A DNA stretch of 60,628 nt, filler included, from Catajapyx aquilonaris (taxonomy: Eukaryota), in NCBI GenBank assembly GCA_000934665.2. It is 4 parts of 4 records of this genome, joined end to end, with 100 filler letters (N's around TTAATTAATTAA, not from the genome) between each part and the next. Parts side by side here need not be neighbours in the genome. Positions count along the whole stretch, not along the records: positions 1 to 15,149 come from JYFJ02007612.1; positions 15,250 to 30,288 come from JYFJ02007613.1; 2 more parts are not named here. One strand, written 5' to 3'. This document shows, piece by piece, positions 11,801-22,203 of this stretch (position 1 is its first letter; every line of letters starts with the position of its first letter). The translations under genes were made by a program, and so were the position numbers. The notes under the pieces were generated by a model that did not search any database, was not told the origin of the DNA, and saw only the letters and a program-made list of their open reading frames with translations.

Positions 11801-13307
11801 GGTATGGGACATGCTCTGGATAGACATCTCATACCTCCCCATTTGCAGGTGAGTTATTGATGTATTGTTAATTGTAATGCTGCTGCTGCTGCCGCCGCCT
11901 TCTGGAAGGTTGGGATCACATTATTGCATATCTAAACTTGCTCCCTTTTGATGATGTAAAGTCTAGGAGGTACCAGATCAAGGAATATTGCTTTGCATCA
12001 TATAGAATCCACTTTATGTGGTACTATATCGCTCAAAAACATACAGACGATTTTGCATTTTATTCAAGTGCAGGCTGCCCTTGAGTCAAATGCAAAATCG
12101 TCTCTTATGTTTTTGAGCAATATAGTACCACATGGATGTCCTCCATATGCCAATACAAGGGACCGGCTAGGTGTGCAACCCAGACTCTGAATATCAGGCA
12201 GCAAAAGTTTCGAAACTTGGCATACTCCCCACTTCTTTAATACAGGATGTACAGTCCCACTTCTAAAGACTCAATGGACGACGTGTTTGTCCTGACTATC
12301 CCGCATTATACCGAAGCAAGTTGGTGTGGTGGTTAAGGACCCTGACTGCTAATTGGGAGGTCCTGGGTTCGATTCCTGGGGCCAGCAACCCTGACAGGGG
12401 TTTTCTGTGGTTTTCCATGGTCCCCCCAGGATAATTCTGGGGTTGTTTCCGTATAATAGGCCACAGCTGCTTCTTTCCCTATCCACCATCCAATGGTGGT
12501 ACTCCACCCCCCTAATGGAGCCCTATTCTCCCAATGGGGTATAATGGGGTTAGATAATTTTCATTTTGTCAAGCAATGGTAGATTGTGACTGATTTTTTG
12601 AGATGCAGATTGCTTGTGCTAAACAAGTTCTAGATTTTTGGAATAAGGTGAAGTGTAGCAACAAGCATGCAATAAAGGCCTTCTTCCAGGTGGATGATTG
12701 GTGTCAGCATCACTTCATCCAGGAGGAGCGCAAGATGGGCTGTAAAAACAGTAGTGGCCTAGTTCACGTGTATCATTCTGAGAAGAACCCATGTACCAAG
12801 AATTCTGGAGTACCTGCACAACTAGGAGAAATGGTGACCACCCATGACCATCCTCAGAAATTGTTTGGGAGTGGGTGGCTATTTCATCAGTTTGGCCTGA
12901 AGTCTGTGTACAGTCATCGTTTGCCAAGGGCTGGGGGAGCACCTGAGATAACAACCAGGCACAAAGATTGGGCTTCCGTGGATTACATCTTTTATGGGTA
13001 AGTGAAGTACCTTTTGTTGTTGTTGTTGTTGTTGTTGTGGTACAATTTAAACTCATTGCAATCTAGGTATGTTTACACCAGGCTGTAAGGTGGTTGCTCA
13101 GGATTTTAGTGTAAATTTTCCATATTGTTTGTCTTTAGGACATCATGGAGTGAAAAGTACAACAAAAGAGTGGAAGGATCACTGAAACTGGTTGGGAGAT
13201 ATGGGCTGCTGTCACCACTTGAATGCCGGAAGTTCGGTGAAATGCCCAACCTCGTATCGCCGTCTGATCACTATCCTCTGATCGCTGAATTTGTCATGAA
13301 GCGGTAA
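5704..13307 (+). CDS. angel: Protein angel homolog (EEP/CCR4 family, ANGEL2-like 2',3'-cyclic phosphatase), 6 coding exons, about 699 aa
   Basis: Exons 5704-6487, 6734-6978, 7836-7905, 11325-11848, 12690-12997 and 13139-13307 join in phase through GT-AG introns (2100 nt). Motifs include IMSYNILSQDLL, ILCFQEVQ, DGCATFWK, VANTHLLYNPNR, LCGDLN, VDYIFY and SDHYPL. AATAAA lies at about 13409. Confidence 0.93.
7690..7726. repeat. (GA)n microsatellite
   Basis: GA run containing one N, after a poly-G tract. Confidence 0.9.
8175..8458. mobile_element. Palindromic repeat/MITE
   Basis: TGAGCTTACCTGATCTCCCCCACCGAGGGGGATTG is mirrored exactly at the right end. A related shorter copy lies at 54093-54214 with similar flanks. 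Confidence 0.75.
8477..8737 (-). mobile_element. tRNA-derived SINE, family A, with 16-bp TSD
   Basis: Reverse complement of 2166-2421 with a poly-A tail. It is flanked by the direct repeat GGGGTAGCAATGTATT at 8461-8476 and 8738-8753. Confidence 0.85.
9220..9438 (-). mobile_element. tRNA-derived SINE, family B
   Basis: The minus strand reads GGGGAGGCAGCGTGGCACTGCGG...GGTTCGATCCC. Homologous to 16060-16277. Confidence 0.75.
9876..10157. mobile_element. piggyBac-type MITE, intact copy
   Basis: TTAA|CCCTGGAAC...GTTCCAGGG|TTAA. Same family as 2082-4874. Confidence 0.88.
10190..10909 (+). pseudogene. Decayed mariner transposase fragment
   Basis: The translation gives LRFCFSLKTAVMEAYDI* and AFQWYKSFSEGRKS, the mariner N-terminal HTH. 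The right end GGCCCTCG|TA is mariner-like. Confidence 0.65.
12022..12127. mobile_element. About 100-bp palindromic TA-flanked MITE
   Basis: TACTATATCGCTCAAAAA..GACGATTTTGCATTT is mirrored at the right end. Other copies are at 41995-42084, about 53600-53678 (decayed) and about 58550-58595 (half). Confidence 0.8.
12310..12490 (+). mobile_element. tRNA-derived SINE
   Basis: TGGTGTGGTGGTTAAG A-box, GGTTCGATTCC B-box, then a GGTTTTCTGTGGTTTTCC core. Confidence 0.7.
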
Positions 13308-13750
13308 ACAAACTTGTGCAGCATCATGTGTCATCTCATAAGTTGTCCGTTTTAAGAAAAAGGACTTGTTTGTTTTAAGAAAAATGACTTGTTTTCAACT
13401 GCTTCAGAAATAAATGTTTACACCTTTTGTACTGAGAGTGGAAGTTTATTTTAACCTTTGAGTCCTTTGTATCTTAGGGAGAAAATGAGGAATAAGTCAT
13501 TTAGTGACTAACCATACAATGGACTTATGACTGGAATGAACAGCCTTCTGCTAACAGAAACTGTTCATCCCCCATCCAATTCCCAAAACTAACAAAGCAT
13601 CCAATGTAACCTTACCTAACATGCCTTGGACGACAGCCTTCTCTTTCCAACTGCTGGTTCACAGGTAGCCTTACTACACGCAACGAACCAAGAAGAACCT
13701 CTTCACAATAAATTCATCATAAAATGTGTAGTCATTGATATGCCCAGGTA

Positions 13751-14145
13751 CAGTGCTGAACATTAATTCCGTCATGCTGGTAGCGACATTTTTCGATGCG
13801 GCAGATGTGCAAATCGACGTGATAGAATATTAGAGCTGTGCGAGTAAGAAATGTTAGCTCTTGGGTGACGTCACTGGCTGGGGACAAGTCTTTTTCTCCA
13901 TTGACCCCCAGCCGGTGATGTCACTCAAAGGTCTACCTCTTCTTACTCGCACGGCTCTCACTCTAACACTTCGATTTGCACTTCTGCGGCATCAGAAAAT
14001 GACGTGATTAATGTCCAACAATGTACTGTACAGTGCTGGACATATTAGCACTCCCTAAATGTTTACTTAGTTGCCAGGTAACGCCAGCGCCGCCAATGCT
14101 GAACAATAAAGGTTTAGGGACTGCTCATAATTATGTCCAGCACTA
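13751..14145. mobile_element. Two adjacent Tc1/mariner-type MITEs
   Basis: 13751-14023 (CAGTGCTGAACATTAAT...ATTAATGTCCAACAATG) and 14031-14145 (CAGTGCTGGACATA...TATGTCCAGCACT), both TA-flanked. Confidence 0.7.
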
Positions 14146-14549
14146 TACTATACACCATTATTTAATGGAGTGTGAAGTAAAACATTGGAACAGGGAAATG
14201 GGATAATCAAGGATGATAATGAGAATGCAACTGGAAAGAACTTGCAACATCAATGCATGTACTGTTATACCATATATTCTTGCTGAATTTAAAATCATTG
14301 TTACAGCTTTGGTTCACCTTGAAAACCCTGGTACATGCCCTCTGATTCACCCTGTAGTCCACAAGGTGCATCAGCAGTATATTTAGCAGTACTGCGTGTG
14401 TAGACCTCCAACCTTGACACAGACACCCCTATTTAGTTGCCCCTATTTACACTTGATTTACTGACTAGTGTTGCACTGTTGATGACCAATATACATGTGT
14501 CCCAGAAGTCTGGACCCATAGGAGTTTCTTGTATTACAGTGTTGTAGTA

Positions 14550-14710
14550 CAGGGCTGGCCATATATCGAGGCAACCGCCAGCGACATTTTTCCCAAGCGG
14601 CAGAAGAAGGAATCGAAGATAAGCATGCTACAAGCCGGGCGAGCAAGATTCCTTCTTCTGCCGCTTCGGAAAATGTCGCTGGCAGTTGCCTCGATATATG
14701 GCCAGCACTG
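14550..14710. mobile_element. Palindromic Tc1/mariner-type MITE
   Basis: TA|CAGGGCTGGCCATATATCGAGGCAAC...GTTGCCTCGATATATGGCCAGCACTG|TA. The core is nearly identical to 24505-24666. Confidence 0.85.
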
Positions 14711-14712
14711 TA

Positions 14713-14905
14713 CAGTAAAACTTCCCTAAGTCGAAGTTCTCTAAGTCAAAGAAAATGACGAGCTTGGTTGGTCACAATGTAAAAGAATACGAAATAAACT
14801 TCCCTAACTCGAATTTCTATAACTCGAAGTTCTCCATAACTCGAAGTGCAGGCAGGGCCTTACGATGTGATATCAATGCATTTTCGGTCTCCCTAAGTCG
14901 AAGTT
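14713..14905. mobile_element. Left end of a pogo/Tigger-like element
   Basis: TA|CAGTAAAACTTCCCTAAGTCGAAG with repeated TAA(G/C)TCGAA subterminal motifs. No right end is seen before the gap. Confidence 0.55.
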
Positions 14906-15149
14906 CACGTTGGCGAGTACGGAAAATTTTCTCCTTTCCCAACCGAAGAGTCGAGAGTACAGAAAGGCTCAATTTCATGATCTCCCTCTACCAGACGTAC
15001 AGAAAGAAGTGTTTGACTCGATTGTGACAATTGAATCCTTGAATCTAAGAGCATGAAGGAATGGATATCGAAGAAGTATGTCTCCATTTTCGAGATAAAA
15101 TACACAGGCGTACAGCTGAGAAATGCTAGGTAACCATTTCTTGCTATTA

Positions 15150-15249
15150 NNNNNNNNNNNNNNNNNNNNNNNNNNNNNNNNNNNNNNNNNNNNTTAATTA
15201 ATTAANNNNNNNNNNNNNNNNNNNNNNNNNNNNNNNNNNNNNNNNNNNN
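15150..15249. other. Assembly gap with artificial six-frame stop spacer
   Basis: N-run, TTAATTAATTAA, N-run. Identical constructs occur at 30289-30388 and 45426-45525. Confidence 0.95.
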
Positions 15250-15552
15250 GTCGAAGTACGCGGAAAAGACACACAAACCAAAATAATCCGTCAGTTAACG
15301 CACTTTGAATTATAGCACACCCCTGATCTTAATCATTGACACCCCCCTCCTCAGGGGTGGAATATATTTCGTGTGCTGTGGACGAAAACCTTTCCTTCAT
15401 CCAGGGATAATTTTCCCAACGTGGTTTGCTTATAACATCATTATTTTCCAGTTTTTTCCCTGCGCATCCCTACGCAGATACTGGAAATTGGTCAATAGCA
15501 CATGTAACTGTGGCATCTTGCAGCACATGCCCCTGGCCCTGGCCCTGGGTAC

Positions 15553-15835
15553 TGCCGGCGCTGGTGGTCTGGTGGTTAGCATGCTCGCCTCTAGACCCAA
15601 AGTTGTGGGTTCGAACCCGGCTGTGGTCAGTGACTTTTCTCCAGGTGATAGAAAAGTGTGAGTGCGCCTTCCTTCGGAGGGGAAGTAAAGCCGTCTGTCC
15701 CTTGTGCTTGTGCCATTGCGTGAGTGCACGTAAAAGATCCCCAGAGTGGCCAAATTTCCAGGCGGAGGACCACCCTCTGGCGTCGGTGTTGAGCCTAAGC
15801 GGCAGAAATAGGCCGACGTTAAGCCCCCAGTAAAG
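15553..15835 (+). mobile_element. tRNA-derived SINE
   Basis: TGGTCTGGTGGTTAGC A-box, GGTTCGAACCC B-box, then a TTCGGAGGGGAAGTAAAGCCG body. Confidence 0.75.
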
Positions 15836-16059
15836 GTGTATGCCAGCTGTGTGATATAGCTGATATGTGAATGAATATGGTCAAATGTATGCGCATTAGT
15901 AGGGATTTAATTATTTATTTTTTTTATTATTATTATTATTATTTTTTTCATTACCCCATGGGGGGAGTTATACTACTCCTTAGGGGGGGTGGGTTGCCAC
16001 CTTTGGAATTGTTTTTGGAGCGAGTTTAAGAAGAATCTTAATTAGTATGCTCCAAGGGT

Positions 16060-16277
16060 GGGTGGGAGGGGATGTGCAAAGTGCAAGTGCAATGTCTCTA
16101 ATCGTCATTTTGTGAACTCCCCCGGGTGGCTTAGTCTGCCGGAAATTGCCACCCGAAACGAAGCCAGAGATGGCCCAACTCTGCACGAAAGAAGGTGGGA
16201 ACCCCGGGTGGGGATTGAACCCGGGACCTTAACTTCCGTGGGCGCGTGCGTTACCGCGGCGCCACTCCGTCTCCCCT
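16060..16277 (-). mobile_element. tRNA-derived SINE, family B
   Basis: The minus strand reads GGGGAGACGGAGTGGCGCCGCGG...GGTTCAATCCC. Homologous to 9220-9438. Confidence 0.75.
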
Positions 16278-16880
16278 GTGATTTAATTATTATTTGGAAC
16301 AGGCAAATGGCAGGCCAATCTCCAATAATTGTTCATTTGAGCAACCTATTCTAGTATTTTTGCAATTCATTATACAAAAGATGATTGAAATGTGGAGGAA
16401 AAAATTTGTTTACCATTCCACTGGGCCAAAGCAGTCTGATTATGTAGAGTGAACTTATGCTTAAATGGGTCGTTAATAATAATAATTGGACACTTGTTTG
16501 ATTGGGAAGGAGCCAAGGCAACAGTGGCTGTCTGGCTGTTAAAATTATGTGGGTTTCAGGACCCATCAGCCAGCTGGCCTTCCGACCTTGGCCCTTGCTT
16601 CCAGGGGGTGGAAATTTGAACTAATTTTCTTGCAGCTGACGTGTGATTTTGAGAGGAGTGCTCATGCATTTAGGAACTGTCCATTGGTTATGGGTTGTTC
16701 ATGCTGACTGATTTGGAGAGTTTATTTGCTGCAGGTGGTAACTTATTTATACCCACTGCTTTTTCCAGATGTTGGGGTGTTAGTTGGAAGCTGTCAGCTG
16801 GGTGTGCAAAACCACCTGCGCAACTATCTGGATCCAGTTATAAAAACTGTTTTAGAAGAAGGTGCCTCAGTTGAGTAGTT

Positions 16881-19800
16881 ATGGCAGAATCTCAGTTTCT
16901 CGAAGAAAAGAAAATAGACATTTTGTGGACTAGCGAAGAGGAGGATGAAGAAGATCCACTTGCACCTTGCAAACAAGAAGTGCATGAGGATCCAATATTT
17001 TTCAACAACCCTCTCAACTGTGATCTCCAACTACTCGCACAGGATGTGGTAAAAATTGAACGATGCCTAGAAGATGACCTGGAGGTAGATGGTATGTATT
17101 TCAGTGATTACTCTCTTTCACATTGTATGTCAACTGTGATTTAAAATGCAATGCTTTTTTAACAAAATTTTTTGCATTGCATTCTTCTTATTTTTTGACC
17201 ATTTACTTCAGATGAACCTGGGGCAGCCTGTGCTGATGCAGCTGGTTCCCCTTCTGGTACTGACAGTGATGGCGAAAGTGGTACCACTACTAATGGTGAC
17301 AGGTCAAGTGGTTCCACAGACCAGAGAAGGGCAACGCCAACTCGAGCTCCAAGATTGCAGAGAAGAGCTTCCAGGCGTCGGTTGGACTTGAGACAGACTG
17401 GCAGGGGCACCCAGGATGGGCGTCATGGAACAAGAGGGCTGACAACCAAGCAACGTGCTACTAAACGCAGGCCAGCTTCAAAAGAATGGAAGTGGGTTGA
17501 TGCTGCCAACTTCTTGGTTAACCCCAATAGCACCAAGCCATTCACCGGTGGTAACCGAGTCGCAAAGAGGCTCAACCAAGCTCCTGAAGAAACCTTGGAA
17601 GTGTTTAATCGCCTTATGCCTCTGGACCTGCTGAAGCGGATCTGTGCAGAAACAAATCTCTATGCACGCCAAATGGAGAAGCACCTGAAGAAGAGATCCC
17701 GGATGGCAAATTGGTCTGACTTGACTGTTCCAGAGTTGAAGGCCTTTCTTGGCCTCTGCATAGGAATGGCCCTGCAGGGAAAGAGTGCTGTGGAAGACTA
17801 CTGGTCCACAGACCCAATGACCATTGCTCCATGGTTCTCAGGAGTTATGTCAAGAAACAGGTACAGGGACATTTCTGGTGCCCTGCACTGTAACAGCAGC
17901 TCCAAAGCACCTTCTCGGCATGATCATCTGCGGGATGAATTGTTCAAGGTGAGCCGTCTTTCTGACAAATTGGGAAACTGGGGGCTGCTCTCGGACAATA
18001 TTGCCTACCTTGCAATTGTATTCCAGCTTTGATTCATCACTAATATCCCTATCATTGCCTATGCATTGCAGGTGCGACCACTGATTGATGAAGTGGTCAA
18101 GAACATGCCGAAGCAGTTTTCCCCAGGGCAGGAGCTCTCCATTGACGATATGACGGTGGGGACAAAGGCTGAAACTGGTATGCTAAAATTCTGAAATAAT
18201 AATTAAATCATCATTAAATGTAACATTTTATTAAATTAAAGTCTCATCTTGCAGGATTTCAACCAGCTAAAATGGGAACGAAAATATGGGTGCTAGCAGA
18301 CGCCCAAACTGGCTACATCCTCAAATTTGAGGTATACACTGGCAAATCGGGACTGGGGAAAGAGCACAGCCTGGCTTATGATGTGGTCATGGACCTCATG
18401 AGAGGTTATGTGAACAAGTGGCACCATGTGTACATGGATAATTTTTACACAAGCCCAAGGCAAGTTTAAGTCTCCCTCCTTTCACTTAGACTGATTCCAG
18501 ATAATGTGGTTATAACAAATTTGCAAGGCTGGTACTGCTATACTTCCGTATTGTATAGGAGATATCCACAGTGTAATTTTGGCAGTGTTGAGTTACTTGT
18601 ATGAATAGGTAGCATTTTTTGCGGCTCTATCACTTGGTGAAGTCTGTTTAATCCTAAAATATTCATAGTGTGCCAACAAGCCAGGATTTTTTGTCTTCAC
18701 TGGTATGTAAATAAGAGCAAGGTCAAATGTTTCAATTGGATTATCTCGAAACTTTTTTTAAAAAATTAGTGGATTTCTTCTGTATATCCATGATATGTGG
18801 CCTGCGTAGGAAACCTTGGTATTATCAGTCCACCAAGAATATTTGTCGTAGCGGCAGTGCACGAACTACAGTTACGAGCACTTCCAGGGGGGAGAAATCA
18901 ATGGAGAAGTGCTCGTAGACTGTAGTTCGTGCACTGCCGCTACGACAATTCTTGGTGGACTGATAGTACAAGGATACTGATATCCACACTTTCTTGGTGT
19001 TTCTTATATCAGGAGTCTACTGTATTAATAAACTTTCTTGCGTTGTCTCCAACATTAAAATAAATTTTCTTTTGCAGGATTGTACAGGACCTGCTCAATG
19101 TCGATACACTGGTTTGCGGGCCAGTCCGATCAGATGCTGCGGGATTGCCTGCCCTTCCACCTGTCGGAAAAGGGCAGGTCATATTCAGGCGGAGTGGTAA
19201 CATGCTCTTTGGGAAATGGGGTGACAATAGAGAAGCGCATTTCCTGACCACTGTGCATGGGGCAGGGATGCAGAAAGTAGCCCGGCGTGAAGAAAAGGTT
19301 TCTGCAGGGAGAGTTGCATGTGGATCAGGGTCACCGGCAGGTCAGGCAGACCAACGTGGTGCCCGACAAAAGAAGGTTCATGTCATGAAACCTGTGGCTG
19401 TAATCAATTACAACAAGTTCATGTGTGGTGTTAGCCGGGTTGAGCAAATGTTGAGTTATTACCCGCTGGAGCGCAAGGCAGGTAAATGGTGGAAAACCAT
19501 CTTCTGGCGGGTAATAGACATGGTGATCCACAACTTGTGGGTCATCATGCGAAAAAAAGACCCCAAGATATCATCCAAGGAAGTGAGGAGGACTCTGGCT
19601 TATGCCTTAGTCGAAGAATGGTGTGAAATCAAGCAGCGGTCTGCCCAGAAGTCTCAGAAGCCTCAACAACCATCCACATCCGGAGAGCCACCAGCGAAGC
19701 AACCCAAAGTTGACTATCGGCCAGACGTTCCGCTTGCAGGGCATTTTTATGCAGAATCACGCATGCAGGGAAGGTGCCTGGTATGCAAAAGTAGGAAGAG

Positions 19801-19900
19801 CTCAAGGATATGCTCGATATGTGAGGTTGTCATGTGCCAAACATGTTATGACGAGGAGAAGAATCATCCAAACAGGTGGACTCCATATTGTGAGTATTAG
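16881..19900 (+). CDS. piggyBac transposase-derived protein (PGBD4-like), 5 exons, about 693 aa, probably domesticated
   Basis: Exons 16881-17091, 17212-17948, 18072-18177, 18255-18459 and 19078-19900 join in phase (2082 nt, no stops). Intron 4 is GC-AG. Motifs include ELKAFLG, YWS, MSRNRY, ELSIDD, GTKIWVLAD..TGY, YMDNFYTS, YNKFMCGVS and a C-terminal CxxC...CxxC...CxxC domain. Confidence 0.88.
18819..18969. mobile_element. Palindromic MITE in intron 4 of the piggyBac-derived gene
   Basis: TATCAGTCCACCAAGAAT..TGTCGTAGCGGCAGTGCACGAACTACAGT is mirrored at the right end. Confidence 0.85.
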
Positions 19901-20472
19901 CCATTAGTGTTGCACAATTACTGATCAAAATGTTCATAGAGCTTTTGCATTGCAGAGCTATCCCTGGGTGATGACTGCATAGGACCATATGCATTGCACC
20001 ATATGCCCATGCCTATGCATTGCATAGGATCAGATGCTGGGGTGCAAGTTGGAAGCTGCTGAGTGGGTGTGCTACAATGCAGTATCTTCATTTGATTGGA
20101 GCAGTGCAGTGTATGGAACCTTGCCTGGCGATATCTCCACATTGGCCTGCTGTGTGAACTGCTGTGCTCTGAAACCCAGAGAGCTACGTATGCTGACAGT
20201 GTGGCCCAAGCTGGAAAGGTCGTTGTGGGACCAAATGAGACACCACATTTTGTCCCTTCCTTCTTTCACTGCATTTCTCCTTCCCATCTTTCCTCCATCC
20301 ATCCCTTTATCTTGTTACAGCAAGTTTACCGTTGTCAATGGCTCCTTCCCACACTATCAACTGCAGGTAGGATGATTACTCTTTTGTGGGAGTTTGGTGT
20401 CAGTAGTGCACATTCACATTACACAGGGTATATGTAGTACTGCAAATAAATTTGTAGCATGTGAAAATTAAC

Positions 20473-21797
20473 AAAGGTTGAGAATCCTTTATCCCATATT
20501 CTTGGGACCTTAGTCAGATATTAACGGGGTTATTCCAGACCATGTAGGTCCTTAAACCCCGGGCCCCACATAGGGCCTATATCATCACTCTAAGTCCCTT
20601 TCATCGTGGTCCGCACAGGGGCGGACCACCCGTTCGCTTCCGAATCGAACCCAAGCCGTCATAGGGTCGAGACTCGACCATTGGGACGACACCCAGAGGA
20701 GCCGCCCGTCCCACGATCGAGTCCCGAACCCGTAAGGTCCGGAACTCGCACCGAAAGACCGAAAGTGTTTTGCATTTCGGATTTTTTCAGATTTCGGAAT
20801 AATATGCGCCTATAAAAGGACATCTTTGGGATGGAAAAAATTTCTCATCACAATGTCCGTACACATTTAATAATACTGTAGCGCCCTGAAGGCAGATTAT
20901 AAATTTCAAATAGTTTTTTACACAAGCAGATACAGGTAATGAGTAGAGTCCGGATTTTTAGGCAAATGCTTATTTAGTTCCGTAACAGTTGGGATGGTTT
21001 TGTGAAGAGATCGATCCATTTCATGGATGCAGGATGAGGAAAATGTAGGTTTTACAGGGCCTAAAATGGCCTATTTCGTGGTTTTGGGAACGATTTTGCC
21101 TATTCTGCCATTTTGAGACATATCATGCCTATTTGACCTGTTTAGGGATAGATATTGAACTCCTTGCAGTAATTTTGGGACTTTTTGTGCCTATTCCGGG
21201 CCTATTCCTTCAGAGGTATGTTTGGTTTTGTGAGAAGTATTTTTTTGTGCTCCTGAAAGGACCAAAATGGTTCAGAAGTACCGTAATACGAATCATGTTT
21301 CCGTGACAAGTATGCCAAATATTTTTGTAAATTTTCCTCTGATTTGAAAAATATTTGGCAACATATTGTGCAAGTGGAAACTGGCTATAAGTGGTGGAGT
21401 CCAGAGCAAGTGATACTAGCTTGCACGTTGTGTCTTTTGCCCAAGTTTTGTGATTTTCTGTCAGTTTATTGTTGCCATTAGATTTTTGCTCTGGTTTGCG
21501 ACCTTATATTATTTTATACTTTAAGCCTATAAAATTATTCGGGATTTTTATTTTCTGTAACATTATCCTCCATATGCCCCAAAAATTAACTTTTTGTGCC
21601 TATTTGAGGGTTTTTTCATGCCTATTTCGGGGTTTTTTCGTTCCTGAAAATCCGGACACTAGTAATGAGACTAGTCTTATTCTACTCTCTTGGAATATTT
21701 ATCCATTCATGGCATGTCATGTCAGCATGTTTAAAAAACTATTTGAATTTGGAGGGTTATGGATATCGAAATGTTGGATAAAGGATTCTCAATCTGT
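20473..21797. mobile_element. pogo-type MITE with nested insertions
   Basis: GGTTGAGAATCCTTTATCC...GGATAAAGGATTCTCAATCTG|TA. It contains a GC-rich SINE-like piece (about 20510-20765, - strand, GGTTCGATTC) and a hAT element. Confidence 0.6.
20944..21661. mobile_element. hAT non-autonomous element with perfect 8-bp TSD
   Basis: GTAATGAG|TAGAGTCCGGATTTT...AAAATCCGGACACTA|GTAATGAG, with many GCCTATT subterminal repeats. Confidence 0.9.
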
Positions 21798-21953
21798 AAT
21801 AGTGAAACCTGCTTACAGCAGGACCTGGACATGTCAGACATTTGCTTCCTACGAGAAAATTTTTTGGCCTGTAAAGCAAGTTAGGTGAGAGACTGGTGCT
21901 CGAGTGAAAAATTGTCCACGAGGGCAAAAGGTGACTTTGGATTTGGCATATAT

Positions 21954-22203
21954 ATCGTCGCTGTGGAGTCAAAACCACGTAACTCGAATAATACTTATTT
22001 TTCAGGATAGCAAAAAAACTGAATAAAAAAATTACACTTGCAATGAGATTTAATTGCGTCACCTGGCCATATCTTCGCTCATATTGGGCAAAAAATTACG
22101 CCGTTTTGATGGCAGATGCAGCGCGAAATGCCCTATTTTCAGAATCAAAAACCCAAAATCGGCCGAAAAGCGAGTTACGCGGTTTTGACTCCACAGTGAC
22201 GAT
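21954..22203. mobile_element. MITE with TIRs of about 34 bp
   Basis: ATCGTCGCTGTGGAGTCAAAACCACGTAACTCG / CGAGTTACGCGGTTTTGACTCCACAGTGACGAT. Confidence 0.75.

Noticed and set aside
12310..12385. tRNA genes (also 2166, 9220-9438, 15553, 16060-16277, 38543)
   Set aside because: A and B boxes are present, but there is no complete cloverleaf and they run into SINE bodies.
15194..15205. TTAATTAATTAA centred in N-runs (also at about 30333 and 45470) as a biological motif or piggyBac site
   Set aside because: The identical 100-nt construct with stops in all six frames is a scaffolding spacer.
20034..20375. 113-aa ORF after the piggyBac-derived gene
   Set aside because: It shows only a faint resemblance to a Mutator-like transposase fragment and lies in the probable 3'UTR. 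Not supportable.
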